NCBI GenBank assembly: GCA_030691545.1
Contig: JAUYEE010000330.1
Span: forward strand, 459 to 64,458
DNA from: a bacterium
Lineage (GTDB): Bacteria > Auribacterota > JABMQX01
Length of the DNA: 64,000 nucleotides
Reading direction: 5' to 3'
Position numbers and translations under genes: made by a program. Of the stretch, positions 28,774 through 38,927 are shown piece after piece. Each line of letters starts with the position of its first letter. Position 1 is the stretch's first letter. A model generated the notes under the pieces. It ran no database searches and had not been told where the DNA came from. It saw nothing but the letters and a program-made list of their open reading frames with translations.

Positions 28774-30315
28774 GTGATTTCCATGGTTCGGCGAATGACA
28801 GAAAAAGCACGTAGCATCCCCTCAGCGTGGGCTCGCCCCGTAGCGCAGGCGTCTCGCCTGCAAATTCCGACGGCGCCCCGCCCGAAAGCATGGGCATTTC
28901 TTTTTGTGATGTGCGTGCTGTCGCCGGCATCGGCGCCGATTGCTCATCGAATGGAAAGGGAGTTCATCCCGGTGCCGGAAGGGGCGGGACAGGTCTCGGG
29001 GAGTTTCGAGAAACTGCCTCTGGAGGACGAACGGGACAGGGACGAAATCGTTCTGAAGAATGGAGATTCTCTTTCCGGGGAAGTGACCGGGATTCGTGGC
29101 GGAACCGTGTACTTTCACGCCGATATGGCGGAGGGGGAGATCAAGGCGACTTTCGCCAGTCTGAAAATCGCGTCTTTCAGGAAAAAAACGCAACGTGAGG
29201 GCCCAACCGTCGAGAACGCAGACACACGCCGTGGCACGGGCTTCCCGCCCGTGAGCGGGGAGGTCGCTCTGGTGGAAGGGGGGCGGTTTGGCGCGACGAT
29301 TCATCGGATGGAAGGATTGCCCGAGGGCGACGGCCCGAAAGATCGCTTATTCTTCTCGCCAGCTCCCTCCCCCGACTCGACTGAGATGTCGCTGGGACTG
29401 GACAAGATTGCGTCCGTCGCCTTCAGCCGCGAACCCCTGGTTCTTCTGAAAGCGGACTTCTCAGCCGCGAATTCCTCGCCATTCACAGCGAACGAAGGGG
29501 AATGGGTCGTGTACGACGGGCGATTCTTGCAGAGCGACCCGAGTCAGCACAATGCAACAGCCTACGTGCGGGTGAAACAGCAGGGCCTTATGCAGTACTC
29601 GTGGACGTTGCATAAGACAGATTGGGGGCATGCAGGCGTGTACATCTTAGCTTCGGAACAGAAGCCCGGAAATGGGAGCCAGGGATACCGAATTCATCTG
29701 GAACACGGTCGCCTTGTCTTGTACAAGGTGGAGGAAGGGGGAGAGAGCCAGGGTTTCTGGTGTCCGGTCGCACCGGGAATGACAACAGCGCGGATCGAAG
29801 TGCTATACAACTGCCCGGCGCGAAGAATCCAGATATGGCTCGATGGACGGCAGGTCGCGCACCTCAGCGACATCGGTTCCCCTGTGCAAGCCGGAGACTA
29901 CGTGGTCCTTCTAACGGTGGGACGAGCAGCATTTGACGATGTGCGGGTTGAGCAGCTCGGCGGGGATGCGACCGTAGCAGAAGAGGAGGCGGGAAAGGAC
30001 GTGGTGGTCCTCAGCAACGGGGATAGAATTGCCGGGGAAGTCGTGGAGATTTCGAAGGACAAGGTGGTTGTTGCGCGAGCGTTGCCCGCCCGTTCAGGGC
30101 CCGAGAATCTCGCGATGGACCGCGGCAAGATGCTGCGAGTGGTATTCGGCGGGCGGACATGTATCCCGGTGAAGCGGTCGAGTATCGTTTTCTGGGATGA
30201 AACCCGACTCGAAGGGGACGTAGGCTCGCTTGAGAATGACATTGTCGAAGTGCAGAATCCGGTGCTGGGCCGCGTTCGGTTTCGCGCGGCGGCTGTAAAA
30301 TGCATTCTCTTTTAA
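28774..30315 (+). CDS. Secreted protein, paralog 2 (5' end uncertain; the track's N-terminal extension contains a hairpin repeat)
   Basis: Hydrophobic signal-like segment (KAWAFLFVMCVLSPASAPIA) and the shared motifs LKNGDSLSGEVTGI, VLSNGDRIAGEVVEI. Confidence 0.45.
   Translation: MISMVRRMTEKARSIPSAWARPVAQASRLQIPTAPRPKAWAFLFVMCVLSPASAPIAHRMEREFIPVPEGAGQVSGSFEKLPLEDERDRDEIVLKNGDSLSGEVTGIRGGTVYFHADMAEGEIKATFASLKIASFRKKTQREGPTVENADTRRGTGFPPVSGEVALVEGGRFGATIHRMEGLPEGDGPKDRLFFSPAPSPDSTEMSLGLDKIASVAFSREPLVLLKADFSAANSSPFTANEGEWVVYDGRFLQSDPSQHNATAYVRVKQQGLMQYSWTLHKTDWGHAGVYILASEQKPGNGSQGYRIHLEHGRLVLYKVEEGGESQGFWCPVAPGMTTARIEVLYNCPARRIQIWLDGRQVAHLSDIGSPVQAGDYVVLLTVGRAAFDDVRVEQLGGDATVAEEEAGKDVVVLSNGDRIAGEVVEISKDKVVVARALPARSGPENLAMDRGKMLRVVFGGRTCIPVKRSSIVFWDETRLEGDVGSLENDIVEVQNPVLGRVRFRAAAVKCILF
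28836..28865. repeat. Palindromic element CCCCGTAGCGCAGGCGTCTCGCCTGCAAAT (type copy; other copies listed in findings)
   Basis: The identical 30-mer recurs reverse-complemented at 32385-32414. The core hairpin is GCAGGCG-TCT-CGCCTGC. Confidence 0.8.
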
Positions 30316-30494
30316 GGACGGACACCAAACCACAAAGACACCATGGAGGAACCGCAGCCAGCCCGTGGGCGAGTCAAGGGCGATACAGAGATGCCGCATC
30401 TTCTTCGCGGCGAACTGCCTGCTAACGACCGCGGCCAGGGAGAACGCGGAGAGCGTTCAGAATCTCGAATACGGTTAGGGGTCCGAGGAGCAAA

Positions 30495-31985
30495 GTGAGA
30501 AATCTCGCACTGTTTGTTAGTTGCGCCGCGATTCTTCTTTCCCTCGCGGGTACGTGCGGCGGACAGACGCGACTCCCCCAAGGCGTCACAGTCCAGCGCG
30601 TCGCGCCGGAAGAAGAGGTGAACCAGGACTACGTGCGTTTCGCGAACGGAGACATCCTTACAGGGGAGGTCTGGGAAATTGCCGACGGAGAGGTGCGGAT
30701 CATGCCGGAGATGGCGGGCCTGCCCGCGCTCGCGCGCAAGCCTCGGACTGGGCCCAGCGCACCGTGCGCGCTTCCGGGCGGCGCCGGCCCGAACGGCCAG
30801 GGCCTGCCCGCATTGGCGCGGCTGAACGGGCAGGGGAGGTCTGTGGCGATTCCGGTCGAGGCGGTGAAGGAGGTCGTCTTCAAGGACAACGAAAAGCGCA
30901 GCCCTTTCGCGGCTGAGCGACTGGTATTGGTGAACGGCGAATCGCTGCCCGCGAGGGTCATCGGAGTGCGCGAAGGCAAAATCGTCGCGCAGTTGCCATG
31001 CGTAACGCCGCCCCGCCCTGCGGGGCACCCTTCCTTGAACCAGGTGGAAATCAGCGTCGCCGACGTGGCGGCGATAGGCTTCTACCGAAAGGAGGAGACT
31101 CTCGCGGAGGAAGGGTTTGCCTCGGGGCTTCCGCCAACGATGCGCTTCGAGGGGGGACGATGGTGCATCCAGAACGGGTGGCTTCTCCAGACAATTTCGC
31201 AGGCGACGGAAAGTTTCGCCTCTCTGCCGCTGAGCCAGACGGGTGTGGTGGCGTACGAGTGGACCGTTAACACGACGGTCGGGCGCAGCACCGGTCTGTA
31301 TTTCATGGCGAGCGACCCGGGGCTATCTCAGAAAAGGGCTTATTTTGTCAGAGTTCTGAGGAATTACGTTTACCTGTACTTGCGTACGGACAACCAAGAG
31401 GTTTACTGCGGGAGCTACCGGATTTCTCTTTACAGAAGCCGCAACGAGGTACGCTTGACCTGTGATTCCGATCACGGGCTTATCGAGGCGAGCATAGACG
31501 GTTCGCAGGTGGGGCGCTGGCTTTCGTCAGTTCCGATCAAGATGGGGAAGTATGTGGTTTTCCGAGCGGATGGTCGGGCGGCATTCGATGATTTCAGGAT
31601 CGTTCAGAAGGCGGGCGCCGCGCGACCCGATGTGAAGGGTGAGCGAGAGGAAGGCACTATCCTGCGGCTGGTCAATGGGGATAAGATATTGGGGAAGATG
31701 ACCGGAATTTCGGACAGCCTTGTATCGTTCTCCTTGGGAGAAGGACAACCCGCATTCGACCTCGAAAAGGACAGGCTGCTGTACGTTCGCTTTGACCGGG
31801 AGGTGAGCAATCCGCCGGTTGCAGTGGCGGGAACAGTCGTGGTCAAGACGCAGAGCGACGACAGGATTTCGGGAGAACTGGTTTGGCTTAACAAAGATGG
31901 AGCCCGGATAAAGTCGGGTCTGGCTGGAACGCTCGACCTTCCCCGGGAGGATGTGAAAAGAGTGATATTCAGGGAGTTCCCGTGA
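30495..31985 (+). CDS. Secreted protein, paralog 3
   Basis: Signal peptide MRNLALFVSCAAILLSLAGTCGG. Motifs FANGDILTGEVWEI, LVNGDKILGKMTGI. Confidence 0.5.
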   Translation: MRNLALFVSCAAILLSLAGTCGGQTRLPQGVTVQRVAPEEEVNQDYVRFANGDILTGEVWEIADGEVRIMPEMAGLPALARKPRTGPSAPCALPGGAGPNGQGLPALARLNGQGRSVAIPVEAVKEVVFKDNEKRSPFAAERLVLVNGESLPARVIGVREGKIVAQLPCVTPPRPAGHPSLNQVEISVADVAAIGFYRKEETLAEEGFASGLPPTMRFEGGRWCIQNGWLLQTISQATESFASLPLSQTGVVAYEWTVNTTVGRSTGLYFMASDPGLSQKRAYFVRVLRNYVYLYLRTDNQEVYCGSYRISLYRSRNEVRLTCDSDHGLIEASIDGSQVGRWLSSVPIKMGKYVVFRADGRAAFDDFRIVQKAGAARPDVKGEREEGTILRLVNGDKILGKMTGISDSLVSFSLGEGQPAFDLEKDRLLYVRFDREVSNPPVAVAGTVVVKTQSDDRISGELVWLNKDGARIKSGLAGTLDLPREDVKRVIFREFP

Positions 31986-34201
31986 AAGAGCGTATTCTCG
32001 AATTGCTTTCTTCAAAAGACTACGTGCTGATGACGCGAAACGCTATCAGCGAGGCGCTATTGTTGAAAAAGGGGGAGCGGCTGGAGCTGCGAAGAGCGCT
32101 GAAGGAGCTGATGGCGGAGGGGAGAGTGATTCGGACAGACCGTCGCCGGTATTCCCTCGTCGCGCAACACCGGAGTCCCGGTCCCCAAGCCCGGACCCGC
32201 GACGCAGGCAGGTTGGCGGCGGGGGTGCTCAAGGGGCATCCGCGGGGTTTTGGCTTTGTGATTCCCGATGATAAGTCCATCGCCGACATCTATATTCATC
32301 GTGAGAACATGTCCACAGCGCTCGATGGAGACAAGGTCCTCGTGCGGCTGTTTTCGCCATACGGAAGGGGGGAACACCGGAATTTGCAGGCGAGACGCCT
32401 GCGCTACGGGGCGGGTCGCGGCGAAAGGCGGGGCCCGGAAGGAGAGATTGTCGAGGTCGTCGAGCGGTCGAATAAGGAAATTGTGGGCGAACTCCGGCAA
32501 AGCGGGCACTTTTACTACGTCATGCCGGAGAATCGGGGCATTTTCCAGGACATCTACATCAGCCCGGAGGATTTGAAAGGGGCGAAAGTCGGCGACCGGG
32601 TTGTGACGAAAATAACGGAGTGGGAGTCGAAGCACCTCAACCCCGAAGGAACTATCGTAAAGGTCCTCGGGGACAGCGAGGACTGGCGGACGGATTTGGC
32701 GTCCGTGATGATACGGTTCGGGTATCGGCGGACGTTCCCGGCGGAGACGAACGCGGAGGCAGCGGCCGTGCCGGATGAAATCGGCGAGGAAGAGCTTGCG
32801 AGGAGGAGAGACCTCCGCGGACAGGCCACCTTCACCGTTGACCCGGAGGACGCGAAGGATTTCGATGATGCGATCAGCCTGGAGAGAATCGAGAAGGGCG
32901 GATGGCTTCTGTCGGTTTCCATCGCCGATGTAGCGTACTATGTGAAAGAGGAATCAGAGCTTGATCTGGAGGCTCGCCGGAGAGGCAACAGCGTCTATTT
33001 GCTCAACGATGTCGTTCCGATGCTTCCACGGCGGCTTTCGAGCGACCTGTGCAGCCTGAAAGAAGGATGTGACCGGCTGACGAAGACGGTGGCGATGTCT
33101 TTCAGCAAGCAGGGCGTTCTGAAAGAGTACGAGATATTCGATTCGGTGATTACCTGCAAGCACCGGTTTAGTTTCAAGGAGGTCAACGAGGTTCTGGGCC
33201 AGGAGAGAGAGTCTCCACACAAGGAAATCTTGGAAGAGATGGTGGAGCTGGCGCGAGTTCTTCGCGGGCGGAGAGTTGACCGGGGCGCAGTTGTCTTCGA
33301 CATGCCGGAAGCCAAAGTGGCGTTCGGCGATGACGGCAGCATCGCGGGCGTCGAGGCGGTTCGCCAGGGACAATCGGAGAGCCTGATCGAGGAATTCATG
33401 CTGGCGGCGAATGAGACTGTCGCAAGGCATCTGCGAAGGCACAGAACGCCGACGATTTACCGGGTTCATGACGAGCCGGACAGCGCCAAAATGGAGGAGT
33501 TTTGCCAGGTTGCGAGGGCGTTCGGCTACAAGTTGCCGAAGTTCCCCTCGCGGGAGGACGTGAATCGGGTTATCGCGGAGGCTCAGGGAAGAGCGGAATC
33601 GTACCTGGTTAACCTCGCCTTCCTTCGTTCGCTGAAGATGGCTGAGTATTCCGTGAAAAACCGGGGGCATTACGGTCTGGCGTCAAAGAACTACCTCCAT
33701 TTCACGTCGCCGATTCGCCGCTATCCGGACTTAGTGGTGCATCGCTGCCTCGATTCGTTGAGGGACGGCGCCGGGAAGCCCGAACGTCCAGGGAGAGAGG
33801 CCCCCGAGAAGGAAGGGCTGGCGGAGATCGCCGCAAACTGCTCGGAAACCGAGCGCCGGGCGGATGCCGCAGAGAGAGAAGTTGTCGAGGCGGCGACGTT
33901 GCGGTATCTTCAAGGGATATACCGGCGCGAGCCGGGGCGACTGTTCCGGGGCGTGGTCACGGACGTCTCGCGGTACGAGATCACCGTGTTCCTGCCGGAA
34001 TTTCTGATTGACGGGAGCATTCGACTGAAGTCGCTGGTTGGGGACTTTTACCGATATGATCGAAAATCAGCAAAGCTGACTGGCGTGCGCACGCGAAGAA
34101 CGTTCCAGAAAGGGCAGCTTGTCAAGGTCACCGTGCGGGGGGTGGATGTCATTCGCAAAGAGCTCGAGCTGGAGCTCGTGAGCGGTTGGCGCCCACGATG
34201 A
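31982..34201 (+). CDS. rnr: Ribonuclease R
   Basis: N-terminal HTH, cold-shock-like GHPRGFGFV, RNB catalytic core (VTIDPEDAKDFDDAIS), C-terminal S1-like domain. Confidence 0.9.
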   Translation: MKERILELLSSKDYVLMTRNAISEALLLKKGERLELRRALKELMAEGRVIRTDRRRYSLVAQHRSPGPQARTRDAGRLAAGVLKGHPRGFGFVIPDDKSIADIYIHRENMSTALDGDKVLVRLFSPYGRGEHRNLQARRLRYGAGRGERRGPEGEIVEVVERSNKEIVGELRQSGHFYYVMPENRGIFQDIYISPEDLKGAKVGDRVVTKITEWESKHLNPEGTIVKVLGDSEDWRTDLASVMIRFGYRRTFPAETNAEAAAVPDEIGEEELARRRDLRGQATFTVDPEDAKDFDDAISLERIEKGGWLLSVSIADVAYYVKEESELDLEARRRGNSVYLLNDVVPMLPRRLSSDLCSLKEGCDRLTKTVAMSFSKQGVLKEYEIFDSVITCKHRFSFKEVNEVLGQERESPHKEILEEMVELARVLRGRRVDRGAVVFDMPEAKVAFGDDGSIAGVEAVRQGQSESLIEEFMLAANETVARHLRRHRTPTIYRVHDEPDSAKMEEFCQVARAFGYKLPKFPSREDVNRVIAEAQGRAESYLVNLAFLRSLKMAEYSVKNRGHYGLASKNYLHFTSPIRRYPDLVVHRCLDSLRDGAGKPERPGREAPEKEGLAEIAANCSETERRADAAEREVVEAATLRYLQGIYRREPGRLFRGVVTDVSRYEITVFLPEFLIDGSIRLKSLVGDFYRYDRKSAKLTGVRTRRTFQKGQLVKVTVRGVDVIRKELELELVSGWRPR

Positions 34202-34204
34202 GAT

Positions 34205-34300
34205 TGCCCTGTGATGCTTCGTGTGCTTCGTGCGCTTCGTGGTGAAGGGGGCCGCTTTTCTCATCACGAAGGACGCGAAGGGCACGAAGAGAGAAAGGCA
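34205..34300. repeat. Inverted array of CTTCGTG / CACGAAG 9-mer repeats (type copy)
   Basis: GCTTCGTGTGCTTCGTGCGCTTCGTGG ... CACGAAGGACGCGAAGGGCACGAAGAGAGAAA. Similar arrays occur at 19700-19790, 25925-25995, 27130-27160, 43800-44040, 45130-45190 and 51300-51420. Confidence 0.75.
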
Positions 34301-34308
34301 CAAAGACT

Positions 34309-35565
34309 ATGAGGGAATTTCCTGAGTTAACAGAAAAGGCGAGAAGGGCGAAAGAAGCATCGAAAAAGCTCGCCGTCCTCTCGACTCAGGCCAAGGACGC
34401 GGCGCTCGAGGCGGTGGCGGATATCCTCCAAAGAAACATGGAGAGCGTCCTCGCGGAGAATCGAAAGGACGTGGCGGCCGCGAGAGAATCGGGGATGAAG
34501 GAATCGCTCGTTGACCGGCTCGAGCTGAATGAGAAGAAGATGGCGGGAATCGTTGAGGGTGTGCGGGGGGTGATGATGCTGCCGGACCCGGTCGGAAGCA
34601 GCGAAGCGGCGTGGGTGCGTCCGAACGGGCTACGCATCACGCAGGTGCGCGTCCCCTTCGGCGTGATTGGAATCATCTACGAGTCGCGTCCGAATGTGAC
34701 GGTGGACACGTTCGCCCTCGCGCTGAAAAGCGGCAATGCGATTTTGCTGAGAGGAAGCCGAAGCGCCATCAACACGAACATTGAACTGGTTCGATTGATG
34801 AGGGAGGCGCTGCGGGGGACGGAGGTTCCTGTGGACGCCGTGGCGTTGGTGGAATCCATGGACCGGGAGGTCGTGGACGCGATGCTGAAGCTCAAGCAAT
34901 ACATTGACCTTGTCATTCCGCGAGGCGGACAAGGGTTGATAGATATGGTCGTCGAAAAAACCACCATCCCCGTCATCGAGACAGGGGTGGGGAACTGCCA
35001 CGTCTTCGTGGACGCGTCCGCGGACCTGGAGATGGCGAAGCGAGTGGTCATCAACGCGAAATGCCAGAGGCCAGGGGTGTGCAACGCGATGGAGACGCTC
35101 CTTGTTCATAGCGACCTCTCGGAGACCTTTCTTCCGGAGATGATTCGTGAACTGAAGGAGAATGGGGTGGAGGTCCGGGGCTGCGAACGAACAAGGCAAG
35201 TGGCGCCCGACGTTAAAGAGGCGACAGAAGAAGACTGGGTAACCGAGTACCTCGACCTGATTTTAGCGGTGAAGGTCGTGGAGGATGTCCGAGAAGCCAT
35301 CGCCCATATTACGAGGTACGGCTCAAGCCATTCGGAAGCTATCCTTTCCAATGACTATAGGAATATCTGCCGGTTCACTTCCGAGGTGGACGCAGCGGCG
35401 GTTTATGTGAATGCCTCGACGCGGTTCACGGACGGCGGGGAGTTCGGGTTCGGTGCGGAAATGGGAATCAGCACCCAGAAGCTGCACGTCCGGGGTCCGG
35501 TTGGGCTGCAACACCTGACAACTTTCAAATACGTCACTTATGGCCACGGGCAAGTGAGGGACTGA
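34309..35565 (+). CDS. proA: Gamma-glutamyl phosphate reductase
   Basis: ALDH-fold with typical ProA blocks (GVIGIIYESRPNVT..., NASTRFTDGGEFGFGAE). Confidence 0.9.
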   Translation: MREFPELTEKARRAKEASKKLAVLSTQAKDAALEAVADILQRNMESVLAENRKDVAAARESGMKESLVDRLELNEKKMAGIVEGVRGVMMLPDPVGSSEAAWVRPNGLRITQVRVPFGVIGIIYESRPNVTVDTFALALKSGNAILLRGSRSAINTNIELVRLMREALRGTEVPVDAVALVESMDREVVDAMLKLKQYIDLVIPRGGQGLIDMVVEKTTIPVIETGVGNCHVFVDASADLEMAKRVVINAKCQRPGVCNAMETLLVHSDLSETFLPEMIRELKENGVEVRGCERTRQVAPDVKEATEEDWVTEYLDLILAVKVVEDVREAIAHITRYGSSHSEAILSNDYRNICRFTSEVDAAAVYVNASTRFTDGGEFGFGAEMGISTQKLHVRGPVGLQHLTTFKYVTYGHGQVRD

Positions 35566-35862
35566 GCGAAGGCTGTGGTCCGCAGCGCCTGAATCCGGGA
35601 CATGCGCCGCGCGGAGGCGTGGCGGGGTCCGCCGAACTGTAGACGCGGCATCTTGCCCCGGATGGGCGGTGCTGGAAGCCACTTCTACTGACGTGGCCCC
35701 GCGATGCTCCTCCTTCCCGAAGCTTTCGCGGCCTGGCCTGACGTGATATACTACGCTTACGTCCGCTTGGCAGTAAGCACTTGAGCTTCCCAGGGCGCAC
35801 ACAGCGGACGGCGCCAGGTGGCCGGTTCTCAAGCCCCAACCAGCGACGCAAGGAGGTGGACG

Positions 35863-38814
35863 ATGTTCTGCCCAAAATGTGGCAGCCTGCTGCAGACGGG
35901 CGCTCAACACTGTCCGGGATGTGGGACAAGCCTCGAGGAGGCCTTTTCAGAAGCCGGGCCGGAAAAGGGCAAAAAGAAGCAGTCTAAGAAGGAAAAAGCC
36001 GCAGCAGAGGTGCTTGCACAGGAGCAGCGCCTGAGGCACGCGGAGGTACTCAGGCAGCAAGCCGAACCATTGAAGTTGAGAGGAACTGAACCCGTACCAA
36101 AAGCGAAAACGACGCAAGAGCAAGAAAAAACTGAGCCACAAGAGGAAACCCACGAGGAGTGGAAAGTCAGGTTCAAGGACGGGACGGTCTTCGCTCCTGT
36201 GAACTACGACACCCTGATGGAGTGGTTCAAATCAGGGCAAATTGATCAAGAAACCCCGGTCGCCAGGAACGCCCTTACCGCCGAATGGGTGCCCTTCAAA
36301 GATACGAAGGAGTCTGTCACAGCCCAGGCGAAGAAAGAAGGAGAGCAACTTTTCTGTACGAGCTGCGGTGCAGCGTGGCCCGTTGGGACGAAGTTCTGCA
36401 CGAAGTGCGGCACAAACATCGAGACCGGCGAGAAGATCGGAGGGGTCGGCGAAAAGCGCCCTGAGACGGTAAAGCGCCGGGGCAAAACACTTGCGCCCGC
36501 CGCGGCGCCGCAGACACCGGCGCCGGCGCCAGCGCCCGCCGCAGAAGTCTTCGAGGCGCAGGAGGTTGCAGAAGCAGAAGTGGCGGTTGAGGCGCCTGTG
36601 GAGGCAGAGGTTCCCGAAGCCCTCGCGCCTGAGGCGGCCCCGAGGAAAGGAAAGAGAAAGGTTGTGATGGCGGCGGCGGTGCTGGCGGTGGTTGTGGCGG
36701 CGTTGGCGGTGCTCGCCCCCGACCGGATGTCGGGCGTTCTCGATAAGGTCAAGGGGCTTGTGGGCGTGAAGCGAACGAAGCCGTCGGAAGCGCCACCTTC
36801 CCGGGCGGGAGCAGTCAGGGATGAGCGGTCGGTGGTTGAGTCTCTCCGGGGACACATCACCAGCGTTCTCGGAACAGTTCCTTTTTCGGGGCAACGGCGG
36901 GCGGATTTTGACGACGGTGCTGACGGTGTCCTGAAGATGGCCGCCGAGGAATTCTCGGACACCGAAAAGCTCGGCGAGTTTGCAGCGGCTCTAACGTCCG
37001 GGGAATTGCGCAAAGCCCGGAGTCTCCTCGAAGATGAAAAGGAGCAGGCGGGGACGGACTACGAGACCCCCGCCATAGACGCGATGCTCGCGAGCGTCGA
37101 GATTCTGCTCGGAGAGAAAAGCGGCCTGGAACTTCTCGGGAAAGCTATGAGCGATCCGGACGTCGCGCAAGCGGCGGCGAGCTTTTGCCGGGGAGCCGTC
37201 GAGGGATGCCTCGACAAGTTATTGCCGGAGCTGGGCAAGAAAGACCCGTGGGGGGCCGCCGCGGAGATTCTCGGAGCGAACAAGGACAGCATCACAGACG
37301 AGTTCCTTGCCCGACACGCGGGGCAGGCGCTTGCGGGGATGGCGACATTGCACGCGCTCACTGGCGAGTCCGCGTCCGGCCGTAGCGCAGGCGTCTCGCC
37401 TGCAGATCCCCGTGGGGCAGGCAAACCGAAAGGAATTCGGACAAAGGCGTTTCTGAGGTTTTTCAGCAGGGGAAATCCTTCGGTGCAGGCGGCACTGGTT
37501 GAGTTAGGACAGAGCCAGCCCAGGAAGGGCAGTGCTCTGCTGAAGAACGAGCCCCTGCGAGTGGCGTATGCCCTGCGGCTGATCTCCGAGCGGACGGAAG
37601 GGAACAATGGCAAGGAAGATGAGCTTCTTGACCTGTTGAAAGAAGGGATAGTCTCCCACCCGCAGAACGCCTTCTACCATTACGCTCTGGCGGCGGCGTA
37701 CTTCCTCGAAAATAAGGTGGATGAAGCTGCGCGCGAACTCGCGGCGGCGAACGAAAAGCCAATGTACGACGATTTCCGGGAGGAACGAGCTGGCGGCATG
37801 GTGGACATCCTGGACACCCTTGCCCCCTGCACGGCGGCGGCGATGGAGGCGTCCTCAGCTCATCTTTCCGCGCTGGCAAAAGGCTCTCGCGGCTATCTTG
37901 ATGCGATCGGGTCGTATCTCCGCGTCGGAAGAAGGCAGGAGGCTTTTCAGATGCTCGGCGAGTGGCGGAAGGCGTGCGAAAGGCTGCGGGCAGAAGCCTC
38001 GTCTTTGCCCGAAGTCGCGGCGATGGTCAGTGCCGCCGTTCCGGCAATGGCAATAGAAGCGGACTACTACAGGAGGGACGGCGACCAGGTCGGGGCGTGG
38101 CGAGTGCGAAAGGCGTTTATGGAGGCGGAGAGAGCCGCGATGGCGGTCAACTACGGAGCCACGTACGGACCGACCGCGGTTGTTTTTGTGAAGGAGGTTT
38201 TTTCGGAAAAGGGATATGAAGAGGAATTCCTGGCGACGGCTCCGCGAGAAGTGCTTGCGGGCGTTCTTTCAAAGGCGAGCGAGCGACTGGATGCGCTCTT
38301 GAAGCAGGACCCGGCAAGCGTGGCGCTGCCCGCGGCGAACCTCCAAGACCCCTATTTTGCCCAGGCGAAGCAGGCACTCGACCAGCGGAGCTTCGAGCGT
38401 GCATTCGATTATGGTTATGCGTGCCTGGCGCGCAACCCGGGCCACCTCTGGGCGTTCAAGGTGATGGAGGAAGCGGTGAAGAACACGAGCATCGCCGCCG
38501 AACTCGAGGGGCCGCGTCCCGTTCCCTATTTAGTTGTTGCGAAGAGGGATGCCAACACGCCCGTCGCGAAGCGAGTCATGTACGACATTCAGGTTGCGAG
38601 GGGCACAACGAAAGAGGAAGCGGTCGCCACGGTCCGGACGGCGCTCCAGGGATTCCTCCGCCGGGAGAAGCCGGATGCGGTTCGTATCTGCCTTCTGCGT
38701 GAGGGAAGCCAGATTCCTTTTGTGACCCTCGACTGGGCGCCGGGAGGAGACTGGGACAAAGCCCACACCGGCACACCGGACTCCGAGTTTAGGGAAAGAC
38801 TCACTGCGTTGTGA
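35863..38814 (+). CDS. Large zinc-ribbon / GYF-like (DUF4339-like) / TM / helical-repeat protein
   Basis: Two CxxC-x-CxxC ribbons (CPKCGSLL...CPGCG and CTSCGAAW...CTKCG), a WKVRFKDGTVFAPVNYDTLMEWFKSGQI GYF-like module, an Ala/Pro-rich linker and a TM helix. AAGGAGGTGGA RBS before ATG 35863. Confidence 0.5.
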   Translation: MFCPKCGSLLQTGAQHCPGCGTSLEEAFSEAGPEKGKKKQSKKEKAAAEVLAQEQRLRHAEVLRQQAEPLKLRGTEPVPKAKTTQEQEKTEPQEETHEEWKVRFKDGTVFAPVNYDTLMEWFKSGQIDQETPVARNALTAEWVPFKDTKESVTAQAKKEGEQLFCTSCGAAWPVGTKFCTKCGTNIETGEKIGGVGEKRPETVKRRGKTLAPAAAPQTPAPAPAPAAEVFEAQEVAEAEVAVEAPVEAEVPEALAPEAAPRKGKRKVVMAAAVLAVVVAALAVLAPDRMSGVLDKVKGLVGVKRTKPSEAPPSRAGAVRDERSVVESLRGHITSVLGTVPFSGQRRADFDDGADGVLKMAAEEFSDTEKLGEFAAALTSGELRKARSLLEDEKEQAGTDYETPAIDAMLASVEILLGEKSGLELLGKAMSDPDVAQAAASFCRGAVEGCLDKLLPELGKKDPWGAAAEILGANKDSITDEFLARHAGQALAGMATLHALTGESASGRSAGVSPADPRGAGKPKGIRTKAFLRFFSRGNPSVQAALVELGQSQPRKGSALLKNEPLRVAYALRLISERTEGNNGKEDELLDLLKEGIVSHPQNAFYHYALAAAYFLENKVDEAARELAAANEKPMYDDFREERAGGMVDILDTLAPCTAAAMEASSAHLSALAKGSRGYLDAIGSYLRVGRRQEAFQMLGEWRKACERLRAEASSLPEVAAMVSAAVPAMAIEADYYRRDGDQVGAWRVRKAFMEAERAAMAVNYGATYGPTAVVFVKEVFSEKGYEEEFLATAPREVLAGVLSKASERLDALLKQDPASVALPAANLQDPYFAQAKQALDQRSFERAFDYGYACLARNPGHLWAFKVMEEAVKNTSIAAELEGPRPVPYLVVAKRDANTPVAKRVMYDIQVARGTTKEEAVATVRTALQGFLRREKPDAVRICLLREGSQIPFVTLDWAPGGDWDKAHTGTPDSEFRERLTAL

Positions 38815-38927
38815 TAGCCAGCCCATATGCGTGGCCGCGGGCCGCGTCCTTGCACAGGCTGTGTCAAGACAACTCGCTGTCCCGGAATGCAGAACTGAGA
38901 CTTTCCTTTTCAAGAAGCGCGGGTAAT

